Positions 39,231-48,767 of a DNA stretch of 52,975 nt are shown here, piece after piece. The position numbers and the translations under genes were made by a program. The stretch lies in the IMG/VR virus record IMGVR_UViG_3300046170_000181, positions 1-52,975 of that record; one strand, 5' to 3'. Source of the DNA: a virus (taxonomy: Duplodnaviria; Caudoviricetes). Position 1 is the stretch's first letter. Every line of letters starts with the position of its first letter. Under the pieces are notes generated by a model, which saw only the letters and a program-made list of their open reading frames with translations, did not search any database and was not told where the DNA came from.

Positions 39231-41098
39231 TAGACCAACTTCCGCATATCGATACGCTTATATCCGTCCTTGAATGTCTTCACTGCATCTGGACGTTTCT
39301 TCTCAACCTCTTGAGCGATAAAGCCGTGGTTTGGATCATCTGCCACACCAATTTCCTTGGCCTTTTCATTCCATTCCCAATCATAAATACCTAGACCGGA
39401 TGGGGTTTTTCCACGGAGTTCGATGTTATCTTTAAGTCTTGCATCAGACCCCGCAAACAACGCAGTAGCCGCCGGCCCTGCAAAAGCTCCACCTACGGCA
39501 CCAACTACGGAACCAATGGCTTTCATTTTACCCGCTTGACGCTCCGCATCAGCTTTCATTTGAGCCTGATAAAGTTCCATCTTAGCCAGCTCAATTTTAG
39601 TTTCGCGGTCTTTCTGGTTTTCACCTTCTTTCCACGCATAATCGAGTAGGCTATCCTGACGATCCCACATCTGGTTGAGGGTTTCAGTAGTCAGGTTCAT
39701 AATGTTCTTTACATCTGTAGCGGCCGCTTGGAACTGTTGTTCGTTCTCTGTAAGCGTTACTGTCTGACGCCACTTTGCATTAGCGGAATCAACCTGAAAC
39801 TGCATATTCTGGTAGAACTGTTCCCGGCTATTCTCAAGGTTTGCATTAAACTGAAATGTATCGTTCAATTCACCGGTATTAAATTGCTCCATTGTGTTCT
39901 TTTGACCGGTATTAAACTGATCAATTTGAGCACCTAACTGGTCGTAAAACTTGGTGATGTCGTTGTTAGATTCAGCCCCAAACCGCCGTGCCACATTTTC
40001 TGTATTGGCGTCTTCCATAATGGACTGAACACGGGCCTGAGTATTAACCAATTCTGTTTGCTGTTCATTGGCAAGGTTGGTCATATCGTAGCCCATAAAC
40101 GTCTTAGCGTTCTGAACTGCTACGGCTGTGCGGGTATCGAGATCAGCCAGCTCAAACTTAGACATTACGTTAGCTTTATTGATAATAGCCGTCTGTTTAT
40201 TGTCTAAATTCTTTACTGTTAGTGTTTGATAAAACTGTGACTCAGACTGTGCAATCGGAAGAGTTGCTTCCATAATAGCCTGTGTCATCGCCATTGTAGC
40301 GGCTGTTCCATTAATACCTTTGAAGGCAATAGTACGGCTAACACTACGAGCTAGGCCGGATGCCCATGTTGGGATCTTTGGATCACCAGTTACCGGGTCA
40401 ACAAACTCTTTTGAAAGAATTTCCATCTGGCCAGTAACGGTTGATTTTGCATCAATGTAATTACCTTCACCAAGGGTTTGGGCTAGAATTTTACCCGACA
40501 CAGTGCTTGTATCAATTACGTTAGATATGTCTTGTGTTGCAAACTGATTTAACGCCTGACCTGTTTGGTTTGTGCTACCGTCTACATTAACCCCTGTACC
40601 GAGCCCCTGCATATCAAGAGCAAGGCCGCTTCCATCTACGAGCGCGTCCTGATTGGTGGCCATCGTTGCCGCTTGGGCTTGATTGGTCGGATCAGATACG
40701 AGGTCGAAGGTAGTTGCGGCCTGATAGGTTTGTGCTTGATTTGGACGTGTAATACCAGCGGCTGTATCAGCGGCACCCTGTGCCCCAGCTACGTTAAGGG
40801 CATCCGTGTCCATCTGAAATTTATTTGCATCAATATTTGTACCCGCCGCATTGGCATCAATGGTCGGTACTTTATCGGATAAGGTAGCGTTATTATCTTG
40901 TATGAATGTGCTCGGGTCTTTTAAGATATCCCCGGTCATTTCAGTGACGTTAACATCGCCAATATAATCTGCATTATCTGCTACGGAAGAGCTAACGACT
41001 TTAAACGCCGATGCTCCAGCCGGGCCTGAATTAGCCACTGGAACCGCGTTTGGGTCGCCTACAAGTCCATCTGCTGTTGTTACATCTGCCATTGCCAC
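39230..41098 (-). CDS. Internal virion protein with a C-terminal S74-like auto-cleaving chaperone domain
   Basis: Q/N/A-rich coiled coil, Gly/Ala hydrophobic segment, then SDARLKDNI..GFIAQEV. Confidence 0.65.
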   Translation of the reverse strand: MAMADVTTADGLVGDPNAVPVANSGPAGASAFKVVSSSVADNADYIGDVNVTEMTGDILKDPSTFIQDNNATLSDKVPTIDANAAGTNIDANKFQMDTDALNVAGAQGAADTAAGITRPNQAQTYQAATTFDLVSDPTNQAQAATMATNQDALVDGSGLALDMQGLGTGVNVDGSTNQTGQALNQFATQDISNVIDTSTVSGKILAQTLGEGNYIDAKSTVTGQMEILSKEFVDPVTGDPKIPTWASGLARSVSRTIAFKGINGTAATMAMTQAIMEATLPIAQSESQFYQTLTVKNLDNKQTAIINKANVMSKFELADLDTRTAVAVQNAKTFMGYDMTNLANEQQTELVNTQARVQSIMEDANTENVARRFGAESNNDITKFYDQLGAQIDQFNTGQKNTMEQFNTGELNDTFQFNANLENSREQFYQNMQFQVDSANAKWRQTVTLTENEQQFQAAATDVKNIMNLTTETLNQMWDRQDSLLDYAWKEGENQKDRETKIELAKMELYQAQMKADAERQAGKMKAIGSVVGAVGGAFAGPAATALFAGSDARLKDNIELRGKTPSGLGIYDWEWNEKAKEIGVADDPNHGFIAQEVEKKRPDAVKTFKDGYKRIDMRKLV

Positions 41099-41104
41099 TA
41101 ATCT

Positions 41105-41371
41105 CTACTTGTTCTTGAGGTTGTCGCGCTCTTTCTCACAAGCGCGTATCCGGTCACGGAGTGAAGCATAGTCAGAAAGGGCTTCGACAATGGCCGGTTC
41201 ACCATCAGTCTCAGGTAAGCTTTCAAGTTCGAGAGCTAATTCGTTGTTAAAATCTTCGTCATATTGCGTGATAGAGGGGCAATAGACTTCAACTTCGGTC
41301 TTATAGACCGCCCCCGCGCAACCGGTTAACAAGACTACGCTTGTCACGAGGCTTATTGCTTTCAATCTCAT
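41105..41371 (-). CDS. o-spanin (lipoprotein)
   Basis: Signal peptide with lipobox LTGC; overlaps the 3' end of the i-spanin. Confidence 0.7.
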   Translation of the reverse strand: MRLKAISLVTSVVLLTGCAGAVYKTEVEVYCPSITQYDEDFNNELALELESLPETDGEPAIVEALSDYASLRDRIRACEKERDNLKNK

Positions 41372-41564
41372 TGTTTGCTTGCTCTACTTTCTGATAAAAC
41401 TCCGCCCGATCTTCGGCGGCGTCTAGGGCGGCTTTCTGTTGTTTAACAACCTCGCCCTTGGCTCCATCGCGGCGTCCAATGATGTAGAGGATCGGGATGA
41501 GTGCGGCTAATGCCGCCATCGCAATCAACTTAATCTTGGTAAAAATACCGCTAAATAGGAACAT
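41301..41564 (-). CDS. i-spanin
   Basis: N-terminal transmembrane helix plus coiled coil, directly after the endolysin. Confidence 0.65.
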   Translation of the reverse strand: MFLFSGIFTKIKLIAMAALAALIPILYIIGRRDGAKGEVVKQQKAALDAAEDRAEFYQKVEQANNEIESNKPRDKRSLVNRLRGGGL

Positions 41565-42301
41565 TAATGTACGCCTTCTTTATTATCTTTGATGCGTGAA
41601 TACGTTACGAGAGCGATACCGGCGATTGTAAGGCCAATGAAAATAAGCTTAATGCTATCACTATATGCTATCAGTCCCTCGATGTTAGTGGCGGCGTCAC
41701 CAATGACACTACCGATTGTACCAACCCCGGCTACACCCGCCCCTGCCATTGTCTTTGACTTCTTCAAGGACTTGGGGGCCTGTTGTTCGGGTTTTTGTGG
41801 CATTAAATCGCCGTCAGCGTCCGCTAGAGGAGCGTCTATGGCAAACAGTGCCGCTTCTGCACTCCTGCGCCGTGTAAGGCCCCTGAGAGGCTGTAGAACG
41901 CCATCTACTCGTGCTTTATTCCAGCGCATGATTTGTTCAGGAATTTCATCATATTTCCCGGAGTTCAGCTTTTTAAGAAGCGTACTTTTCTGGAAGTTAC
42001 CAGATCCGAGATTAAATACGAATGATACGAGTGAATCGAACTGTGATTGAGATAGCGGTACGTTAACCATACGCTTAACAGCTCTACCGGCTTCGTTAAG
42101 ATCTTCTACGAGCATTGCCTCACATTCGGCTACGGAAGCCCTCATGCCAGACTTTACGCCCTTGCAGTGGCCCCATCCAATTGTCCATTTTCCGGCGGGG
42201 CACCGATAGGCTCTTACGTCACCTTCTTCTGTCTTTTTGTGAAGACCTTCAAATTTTTTGACTAGGTTTATACCTGAGTCGGATACTGTTTCGGGGATCA
42301 T
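41564..42301 (-). CDS. Endolysin, phage lysozyme (GH24) with C-terminal hydrophobic helices
   Basis: KKFEG..AYRCPAGKWTIGWGH, QFDSLVSFVFNLG and GLTRRRSAE motifs. Confidence 0.92.
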   Translation of the reverse strand: MIPETVSDSGINLVKKFEGLHKKTEEGDVRAYRCPAGKWTIGWGHCKGVKSGMRASVAECEAMLVEDLNEAGRAVKRMVNVPLSQSQFDSLVSFVFNLGSGNFQKSTLLKKLNSGKYDEIPEQIMRWNKARVDGVLQPLRGLTRRRSAEAALFAIDAPLADADGDLMPQKPEQQAPKSLKKSKTMAGAGVAGVGTIGSVIGDAATNIEGLIAYSDSIKLIFIGLTIAGIALVTYSRIKDNKEGVH

Positions 42302-42564
42302 TTAAAATACCAAAATGTTGCTGTAATAGCGGCACTGGCCACTATCCAAAATACACGCTCTGCGAAGCGAAGGGTTTGTCCATTGACAATTACCCTGTCT
42401 TCTACCGTGTCTATTCTCCCCTCTAGAGCTTCTTGGCGATCTTCATACTTATCCATTCGGTTGAAGAGAGTAACCATTCGCTCTTCCATTCGGGCCAGAG
42501 ACACAACGGCCTCTGACAACTTATCGAGCTTTTCCTCGATTCTAGTTAGTCGTTGCTCCGTCAT
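42298..42564 (-). CDS. Coiled-coil protein with a C-terminal transmembrane helix (holin or XhlA-like candidate)
   Basis: RLTRIEEKLDKL heptads plus a C-terminal hydrophobic helix; upstream of the endolysin. Confidence 0.55.
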   Translation of the reverse strand: MTEQRLTRIEEKLDKLSEAVVSLARMEERMVTLFNRMDKYEDRQEALEGRIDTVEDRVIVNGQTLRFAERVFWIVASAAITATFWYFK

Positions 42565-42582
42565 GTCTCTGTGCTTCTCCTA

Positions 42583-43989
42583 TTATCGTGTCTGCGCGAA
42601 AGGAGACGCAAAGCCTGAATATACTGCCGCCGGCTGTGTTGCTGTCATGCCCGGGCTCATTGAACCCATTGCGGCATTAGAACCGGGACGATAACCAAAT
42701 TGATCCATCTGAGACATCATTCTGTTGATATCTAAAGATTGCTGATCTACTCGTGTTCCTGTTCTGTCGAACGCGGCGAGAAGAAGGTTACCTTGCTGGT
42801 CAAGTGCTCGGGATATACGAGAACCATCCGCGTTTGCACTACTTTGAATAAGCGCACCTTGATCGTCAAAGGAGCTTACTAGAGTAGAGTAAGTTTCACG
42901 GATACCGGCATCGATGTTTGCACCCTGATCTTGTAGAACAGTACGAACAGTGTTTAGCCTATCAATAAACTCATTTCGGGCTGATGCTGTTTCGGCAGAA
43001 CCATCGTCAAAACCAGTAGCGATTTGTTTCGCAATACGGCTAAAGTCTTTGGCCTGTGCACTCTCGATGTTATTGGCTGTTTGACCAACTTGCTGAACAC
43101 TCTGACCAACATTACCGAGCAACCGGCTTTGTGCATCAGAAGATTGTGCAATCTGTTCGCCAATCTGTGCTTGTCCGCCCACAACCGCGTCTTGGATACG
43201 GCCACGTTGCTGATTAGCAAGTGTAGTGTTGCGGTCATAATCACCACGGAACTGATCAAGACCTGTCTGCAATGCCGCCTGACGTGCCTGAGACTCCGTC
43301 TGACCTTGTGACAATGCTTGGAAGTAAGTATCCTGATTAGCACCATACTGGTTAACGAGGTCTTGAATACTAAGCTGTCCAGCTAGTACGTTTGCACTCG
43401 TTTCAGTAAGTTGGTTACCGAGATTAGCTCCGACATTAGTGACGTTTTCATTTACGCCAGCAAAGCCTTCCTCTTGTCCCTGCATCAGGGCCTGATCACC
43501 TTGCTGTACGGTATTACCGAGGTTTGTGAACCCGGTGCCCATATCAGTCATGACCGTGGCAAAGCCTGTGTTCATACCATCATTTAAGGTATTGAACCGG
43601 CTATCAACCTGATTACCGAGTCCGGTAAAGCCTGTCTCAACCTGATTACCTAGCCCTGTGAAGTTGGTATTCATATTCTGATCGAAGGTGTCCAGACGAT
43701 TACCTACGTCTGTACCAAGACCAGTGATCTGAGTACCCATATCCGAGAAGCCGGTGTCTACTGTATTACCGAGCCCCGTAAGTCCGGAGTCGATATCATC
43801 GAAACGATCCTCTTGTTCGTTAAAGCCTTTATAAAGCTTGTCCTGAATATCACGAGATTCGTCTTTAAATCCTGTATTCAGCCCACTTATGTCCTGTCGG
43901 ATAGTCGATTGTCCAGACTGTAGATTGCTGAACTGTGCTGAATAATCCGGCGGAGTTGGGGCTGGAGGAGGTGCTGGTGAACCGCCCAT
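42583..43989 (-). CDS. Internal virion protein (gp14-like position), coiled-coil repeats
   Basis: MGGSPAPPP N-terminus; 11-residue FTGLGNQVxTG repeats. Confidence 0.55.
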   Translation of the reverse strand: MGGSPAPPPAPTPPDYSAQFSNLQSGQSTIRQDISGLNTGFKDESRDIQDKLYKGFNEQEDRFDDIDSGLTGLGNTVDTGFSDMGTQITGLGTDVGNRLDTFDQNMNTNFTGLGNQVETGFTGLGNQVDSRFNTLNDGMNTGFATVMTDMGTGFTNLGNTVQQGDQALMQGQEEGFAGVNENVTNVGANLGNQLTETSANVLAGQLSIQDLVNQYGANQDTYFQALSQGQTESQARQAALQTGLDQFRGDYDRNTTLANQQRGRIQDAVVGGQAQIGEQIAQSSDAQSRLLGNVGQSVQQVGQTANNIESAQAKDFSRIAKQIATGFDDGSAETASARNEFIDRLNTVRTVLQDQGANIDAGIRETYSTLVSSFDDQGALIQSSANADGSRISRALDQQGNLLLAAFDRTGTRVDQQSLDINRMMSQMDQFGYRPGSNAAMGSMSPGMTATQPAAVYSGFASPFAQTR

Positions 43990-44405
43990 TATAATCTACC
44001 TCTTTTTCTGTCAGTTGGGTTATGCAATCTACGCCAATAAATGGGACGGGGTTTACCGTATTTATGTGCGTATTCTTGCTTGAGTTCGGCCACCATTTTT
44101 CTTGCGTGGCCATAAGGAGCTATAAATTCAACTCCCCATAATTCATCCCCATCATCAGGGATGTAATCCTCTTCCTGAAGAAAATAATCTTCATTGAGGA
44201 ATGCGTCAGCCTTCTCCTTACTGAGAAAGCAATATGTGAATAATCCTACGGGCTTACTATCTTCGTACCATATCCGTACACGGTCATACATGAGTGGATA
44301 TATGAAGTAATTATAAAACTCGTACATACAGTAGAGTCTATGGTCTTCAGATACATTGAAAAGGAAGATGCCGTCTAATACTGAGGCGTTACTTATTTTC
44401 TTCAT
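43989..44405 (-). CDS. HlyC/RtxC-family toxin-activating acyltransferase homologue
   Basis: SxxH (SEDH), PVGLFTY, D...GDELWGVEFIAPYGH motifs; own promoter TTGATA-18-TATAAT 8 nt upstream of the ATG. Confidence 0.8.
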   Translation of the reverse strand: MKKISNASVLDGIFLFNVSEDHRLYCMYEFYNYFIYPLMYDRVRIWYEDSKPVGLFTYCFLSKEKADAFLNEDYFLQEEDYIPDDGDELWGVEFIAPYGHARKMVAELKQEYAHKYGKPRPIYWRRLHNPTDRKRGRL

Positions 44406-44439
44406 GTAGGCTTATTATACCCTATAATAGGGGCATTTA

Positions 44440-44922
44440 TCAAGCACCCTTGGCCTTGATAAGAAAGTATATAAGTAATACCATTGCTCCGCCCAAAAGT
44501 AAAACTAAAAATATAATAGTTAGGGCTTCAACAAACTTTCTTCGCTTTTCACGTTGCTTATATAATGTTTCTTGTCTTTTCTTCCGAATATCCGCTTCGG
44601 TACGGACGAGTTCATCCCAAGCTGACTTTCCTAGAGTAAATGAAATCCAATTACGGAGCTCTTCTCTTTGGGATTGTGCTTTTCTCCGGGCGGCAAATAC
44701 TCGAATACTTTCGGCTTCTACAGACTCCCCATTAAACATCTTCTTAAAGAGAGGGGGATTTTTTGCTTCCTTCTCTGCTTGGTCTAAGTCGCTTAAAGCA
44801 CCCATCCAGCGGCTGAGATCCCCGGCCATAGATTCCAAATCGCGGCCAATGCTAAAACCTTTTTTTATTGCGGCGAATGCACTACTAGCAATCATAGCCG
44901 CGCTGGCCGGATCTACCATCAA
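44440..44922 (-). CDS. Hypothetical membrane-anchored protein
   Basis: 160 aa, coiled coil plus C-terminal transmembrane helix. Confidence 0.65.
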   Translation of the reverse strand: MMVDPASAAMIASSAFAAIKKGFSIGRDLESMAGDLSRWMGALSDLDQAEKEAKNPPLFKKMFNGESVEAESIRVFAARRKAQSQREELRNWISFTLGKSAWDELVRTEADIRKKRQETLYKQREKRRKFVEALTIIFLVLLLGGAMVLLIYFLIKAKGA

Positions 44923-44948
44923 GTCCCCCTACTGATGTTAGTTATTAT

Positions 44949-45161
44949 TTATTGGAAGATGTTTGTGGTCTTTGGATCGACCCAGATCGGAATGCAGTAG
45001 GCTTTTATAGGTGCCTTACTAAAATGGTAGCTGTTGTTATATGCCTGTCTATGTAACCGCGTAGCAAAATACCTACACCGGTTTAGGTCTTCCCAGTAAC
45101 TTGTTCTGTTACCTTGCTCTTCCCCGTTTAGTGAGATGATTAGTGCGAAGACGAGTTGCAT
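44949..45161 (-). CDS. Hypothetical protein
   Basis: 70 aa, C..FA..L..AYCIP pattern. Confidence 0.6.
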   Translation of the reverse strand: MQLVFALIISLNGEEQGNRTSYWEDLNRCRYFATRLHRQAYNNSYHFSKAPIKAYCIPIWVDPKTTNIFQ

Positions 45162-45164
45162 CCA

Positions 45165-45630
45165 TTATTCTGTAATATCAAATCTAACATTGGTGTGGTC
45201 TGGGTAGTTAACTACCACTTGTCCTTCTGGACATTCGTAATGAATGTACGCAACTAATGTTGCTTCCCCGAGTGCCACTTTTTCAGGCTCATCTAATGTT
45301 ATTTTATAAGCAAATGTGTCTACACGATCCGTAGCTGGGCCCATGAACTTTGTAATTGATGGGGTAGCTCTGTGAACGAGATACTCACTGTCGCGTACAT
45401 CTAAAATAAAGTCGCTTACTGTACAGTCATCCCTGTGCTTCTCACGGGCTACACTGACCTTAAATTCGCCTGTTGCTGGGCCATCAGATATTTCAAAATG
45501 CTCCTGGTGCCCATGTCAGGATAGCTTTGTCGAAAACACCAAGTTTGTCTGAGAGGGTGTATCCCCCACCGACTAACGCAAATGTAGCTGTAATAGCTCC
45601 AATGCCCTTGGTGATCCCGTCAATATCCAT
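45165..45630 (-). CDS. Hypothetical protein with an N-terminal hydrophobic helix (+1 frameshift at ~45505), absent from the ORF track
   Basis: MDIDGITKGIGAITATFALVGGGY.. continues as WAPEHFEIS..RFDITE* after removing one base; TAATG-coupled start. Confidence 0.6.
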
Positions 45631-46013
45631 TAGGGCTTAGTAGGCCACACAGCGTCATCCATAGATGTTGCAGACGCTGGAACGTCCCGCAAAGCCTGAC
45701 GATACGCAGTTTGCTCATCAGACATAGTAAGGTCAGAAGACGCCCACCAATCTGTTTCAGCAATCAAACGGTCACGTTCAGCCCGTACCTCTTTCATAGG
45801 TTCGGCGGCTGTTAGCTCCGTCTGTTTCGCAGATACGGCAGACCATGTTGTACCCCAATCATCAGGGTCTGAACTTTCAATGGCTGAACCATTGGCGTCC
45901 GCTCCTGTGACCTTCGCAAACATAGTTGCAAATTCTGCTTCGGTTGTAGGCTCTCCACGGAGAACCCATTCTGTAATGCCCAGATCGCTCAGGGCTTGTG
46001 CTACTGATGCCAT
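45630..46013 (-). CDS. Tail fibre assembly chaperone
   Basis: VRAERDRLIAETDWW..YRQALRDVP..WPTKP motif. Confidence 0.85.
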   Translation of the reverse strand: MASVAQALSDLGITEWVLRGEPTTEAEFATMFAKVTGADANGSAIESSDPDDWGTTWSAVSAKQTELTAAEPMKEVRAERDRLIAETDWWASSDLTMSDEQTAYRQALRDVPASATSMDDAVWPTKP

Positions 46014-46032
46014 ATTGTTTTCTCCTTTAATA

Positions 46033-47106
46033 TTAGCCAGTTATTTCAAATACAGTCAGCGTATGCTGTGTTTCGTTATCATAAGACAGAACTACATCGC
46101 CTTGTGAGGAGTAAGCATAACCAGTAAACTGACCTGTGAATGTTACAGGTGATGTTGTACCCGTCACTGCGTAGTAAACTTTTGAATCCCTAGTAAAAAA
46201 TCGGTCTGAAGCCCCATCTTGATAAAAATCGTACGGGCGATCCGATCCGTCATTAGGGGAACCGGTTACGGCTGAATTATTTTTATATATATTGAAGCCA
46301 TAGCCTTTGTCGGAGCTTGTATCTTGAGAAGAAAAATGACCCTCAAGTATGACCAAAAAATAGTTTGTGGAACTATTAGGTGTTATGGTTACGGAAAGCC
46401 CCATATCAGTCCACCCCTGACTAGCGTTTGTGATCGAAGTAGACGAGGTGTCGTTTTTCACCTGCACCACTGAACCACTCGGCATATCATCCGTACTCAG
46501 ATTGAAATCAGTCAGGGATGCGATGGATTGGTTATTGAGTTTAGTTAATGCCATGTCCGTTACCCCCGCTATTTCCATTACAGTCAGTGTGCAAACTCCA
46601 CCTAGATGGCCAACATCAGAAGCACATATTTTTAGAGGGCTAGTTCCCCCAACTCCGAAATGCTCTACTTGATAAGTTACCTGTGAAGTTGTGTTTGGTT
46701 GATCCAAATGAAAACCTGACGCATTCATAAGTAACCCTGTGGAGTTAGGTTGCGAAAAGTTATTATCTAAACCAAACCATCCATCTGATGTACTAGCGTG
46801 AAACCCTCTTGCGATGTGCGTTCCATCTCTTTTCAATCTTATCTGATTGCCACACCCGTTGTTTGATGTTGAATAGGATATATGACAGGTAATATACATA
46901 TAACTATTAGAAAACTTCGGGGTAATGTTGATTGTTAATCCTGTAATGTCACTAGCACTAGCACTATTACTATAGGTTGCTACAGAATTTACTTCTGCAT
47001 TTTTAACTTGCAACACAGACCCTGTGGTATTCAGCCCAAGATCACCCGCAGTAGGAGTAGAGCCGTTCGCTAACTGGATTTGATCGACTTTTAAGATACT
47101 GCTCAT
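46033..47106 (-). CDS. Two paralogous tail-fibre tip proteins, probably fused by an extra G at ~46565
   Basis: Removing one G from GGGGG yields EIAG* followed by MALTK at 46554; both halves have GSVxQV..ITP..EI motifs. Confidence 0.65.
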   Translation of the reverse strand: MSSILKVDQIQLANGSTPTAGDLGLNTTGSVLQVKNAEVNSVATYSNSASASDITGLTINITPKFSNSYMYITCHISYSTSNNGCGNQIRLKRDGTHIARGFHASTSDGWFGLDNNFSQPNSTGLLMNASGFHLDQPNTTSQVTYQVEHFGVGGTSPLKICASDVGHLGGVCTLTVMEIAGVTDMALTKLNNQSIASLTDFNLSTDDMPSGSVVQVKNDTSSTSITNASQGWTDMGLSVTITPNSSTNYFLVILEGHFSSQDTSSDKGYGFNIYKNNSAVTGSPNDGSDRPYDFYQDGASDRFFTRDSKVYYAVTGTTSPVTFTGQFTGYAYSSQGDVVLSYDNETQHTLTVFEITG

Positions 47107-47573
47107 TGTGCGATCTCCATAAGTTGCAACTTACAAGTGGCACTGTGTCTAGCTATAGTCATACTGCCTTCAGTTGTGACTGATGCAGAAACATAATGGG
47201 TTGCTGTAGACGAACAGGTAAAACTTCCATAATCACTTGCAGTTAAAGTTTGTGTATTACTAGCACCCGTGCCGATCATAGATGTCCTAGCATAAATGAC
47301 CCTAGTATTATCTGTCGGAGTTGCACTTGTTCCTATGTAATTATATAACTGGAAGTAATTTCCAGCGGTTCCTGTTATATTTGGTATTGTGCAAATAACT
47401 AAAAATTTACTACCTACAAATTTGGGTGTAAAAGACACATTTATAAGAGCATAATTGCCAGCGTTTATATTAACTTCTCCGGCTGTGCCTTGAACAACCT
47501 GAACCATATGACCCGGAATGCTTACGCCAGTACCCAAATTAGGCTGGAGATTATCAACGTAGAGTGTACTCAT
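47103..47573 (-). CDS. Tail-fibre tip paralogue
   Basis: MSTLYVDNL..GHMVQVV..FTPKF..EIAQ. Confidence 0.65.
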   Translation of the reverse strand: MSTLYVDNLQPNLGTGVSIPGHMVQVVQGTAGEVNINAGNYALINVSFTPKFVGSKFLVICTIPNITGTAGNYFQLYNYIGTSATPTDNTRVIYARTSMIGTGASNTQTLTASDYGSFTCSSTATHYVSASVTTEGSMTIARHSATCKLQLMEIAQ

Positions 47574-48118
47574 TGTGCGATCTCCGTAATTGTCATTGTA
47601 GACTTTGTATTGCTATTTGCACCAATCCTTCCAGCGTAGTTATTTATGCCAATCGTCCCAACATTGTTTGTTGTCCAATAAAGTTGATATGTTGTGGCTG
47701 ATGTAGTTGGCGCAGTGTGTCTGAATGTCCACGCACCAGATATGCCGTTGCCGGCATAAACATGACCAAGGGTGTCATCTAGTCGAGAAACAAGGCTTCC
47801 ATCACGATATAACGCAAGATACATAACTTCGTTTGCGGTACTTAAATAACCACCAGCAACAGTTATATGAACTAACAACTCACTGGTTGAAAATTTTGGT
47901 GTTATTGGACAGGTTAGTCCAGTAGAACCCCAGTTTGTTGATGTTGTTGTTGTCCATGTTGAGTATGTGTTTTGTTTGATTTGAACAACTTGGCCAGCAG
48001 AGGGATTAAGCGTCCCCGCACTAGCATCCAGCGTCTGGCCACTCGGTACGATGATCTTATTCGCATTGGCTCCAGAGGTAGGGCCTTTAATTGTTTGTAC
48101 TGTAATTTCTGATGCCAT
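47570..48118 (-). CDS. Tail-fibre tip paralogue
   Basis: GQVVQI..ITPKFSTS..EIAQ. Confidence 0.65.
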   Translation of the reverse strand: MASEITVQTIKGPTSGANANKIIVPSGQTLDASAGTLNPSAGQVVQIKQNTYSTWTTTTSTNWGSTGLTCPITPKFSTSELLVHITVAGGYLSTANEVMYLALYRDGSLVSRLDDTLGHVYAGNGISGAWTFRHTAPTTSATTYQLYWTTNNVGTIGINNYAGRIGANSNTKSTMTITEIAQ

Positions 48119-48583
48119 CTATACCACCGTAAATGTTCCGTTAACTGTGAGTGCCGCGTTAATCGTCACAGGCCCTGCTACAAAAGCATTCTGATTAGCG
48201 GCTACCGTTACGGCGTTATCCAACGTGTTAATGTTTGTACGGATCGGTGTATCATCTAGGACTAGCGTAGAAGCTAGTTTAGCAGGTGTAATTGTACCGT
48301 CTGATACGGAGCCTACATCGTAGACATCTCCCATACCGACAATGTAATCAATTACGTCAGATGAACTTACCGCCGCTGTGAATGTAATTGTATTACCACT
48401 AACAGTATACGCTACGTTAGGGGCTTGTGTTACACCGTTAACTGACACGATTAGACGTTCAGCCTGTCCCGGGTCATACGCTGAACCATTATACAGAAGA
48501 CTGTAGGAAGAGGCCCCGTTCGGTGTGATTGTATCAAGATTTTTGAACGAACCGCGTACAGGTTCTTTTCCTAAATAAGGCAT
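48119..48583 (-). CDS. Tail-fibre adaptor protein
   Basis: MPYLGKEP N-terminus and VSVNGVTQAP..YTVSG domain. Confidence 0.65.
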   Translation of the reverse strand: MPYLGKEPVRGSFKNLDTITPNGASSYSLLYNGSAYDPGQAERLIVSVNGVTQAPNVAYTVSGNTITFTAAVSSSDVIDYIVGMGDVYDVGSVSDGTITPAKLASTLVLDDTPIRTNINTLDNAVTVAANQNAFVAGPVTINAALTVNGTFTVV

Positions 48584-48765
48584 TAGTCAGAAGCCTCCTG
48601 TATTGTTAATTCACCCGCCTCAACCTGACGCGTAATTTCTGCGTAGTGTCGGTTGTTAGGATCGATAGGAACAACAATATTTCCACCCTCTATAGTAGCG
48701 TTAATACTATTAGTTGTGCCTTCTATAGAAACATACTGTGCGGAAGTAATATTCATTTCATACAT
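48583..48765 (-). CDS. Small tail-associated protein
   Basis: VPIDPNNRHYAEI..GELTI motif. Confidence 0.65.
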   Translation of the reverse strand: MYEMNITSAQYVSIEGTTNSINATIEGGNIVVPIDPNNRHYAEITRQVEAGELTIQEASD

Positions 48766-48767
48766 AA

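Noticed and set aside
46033-47106. Genuine two-domain fused fibre protein
   Set aside because: Deleting one G from a G5 run restores EIAG-stop and a normal MALTK start, matching the paralogues.
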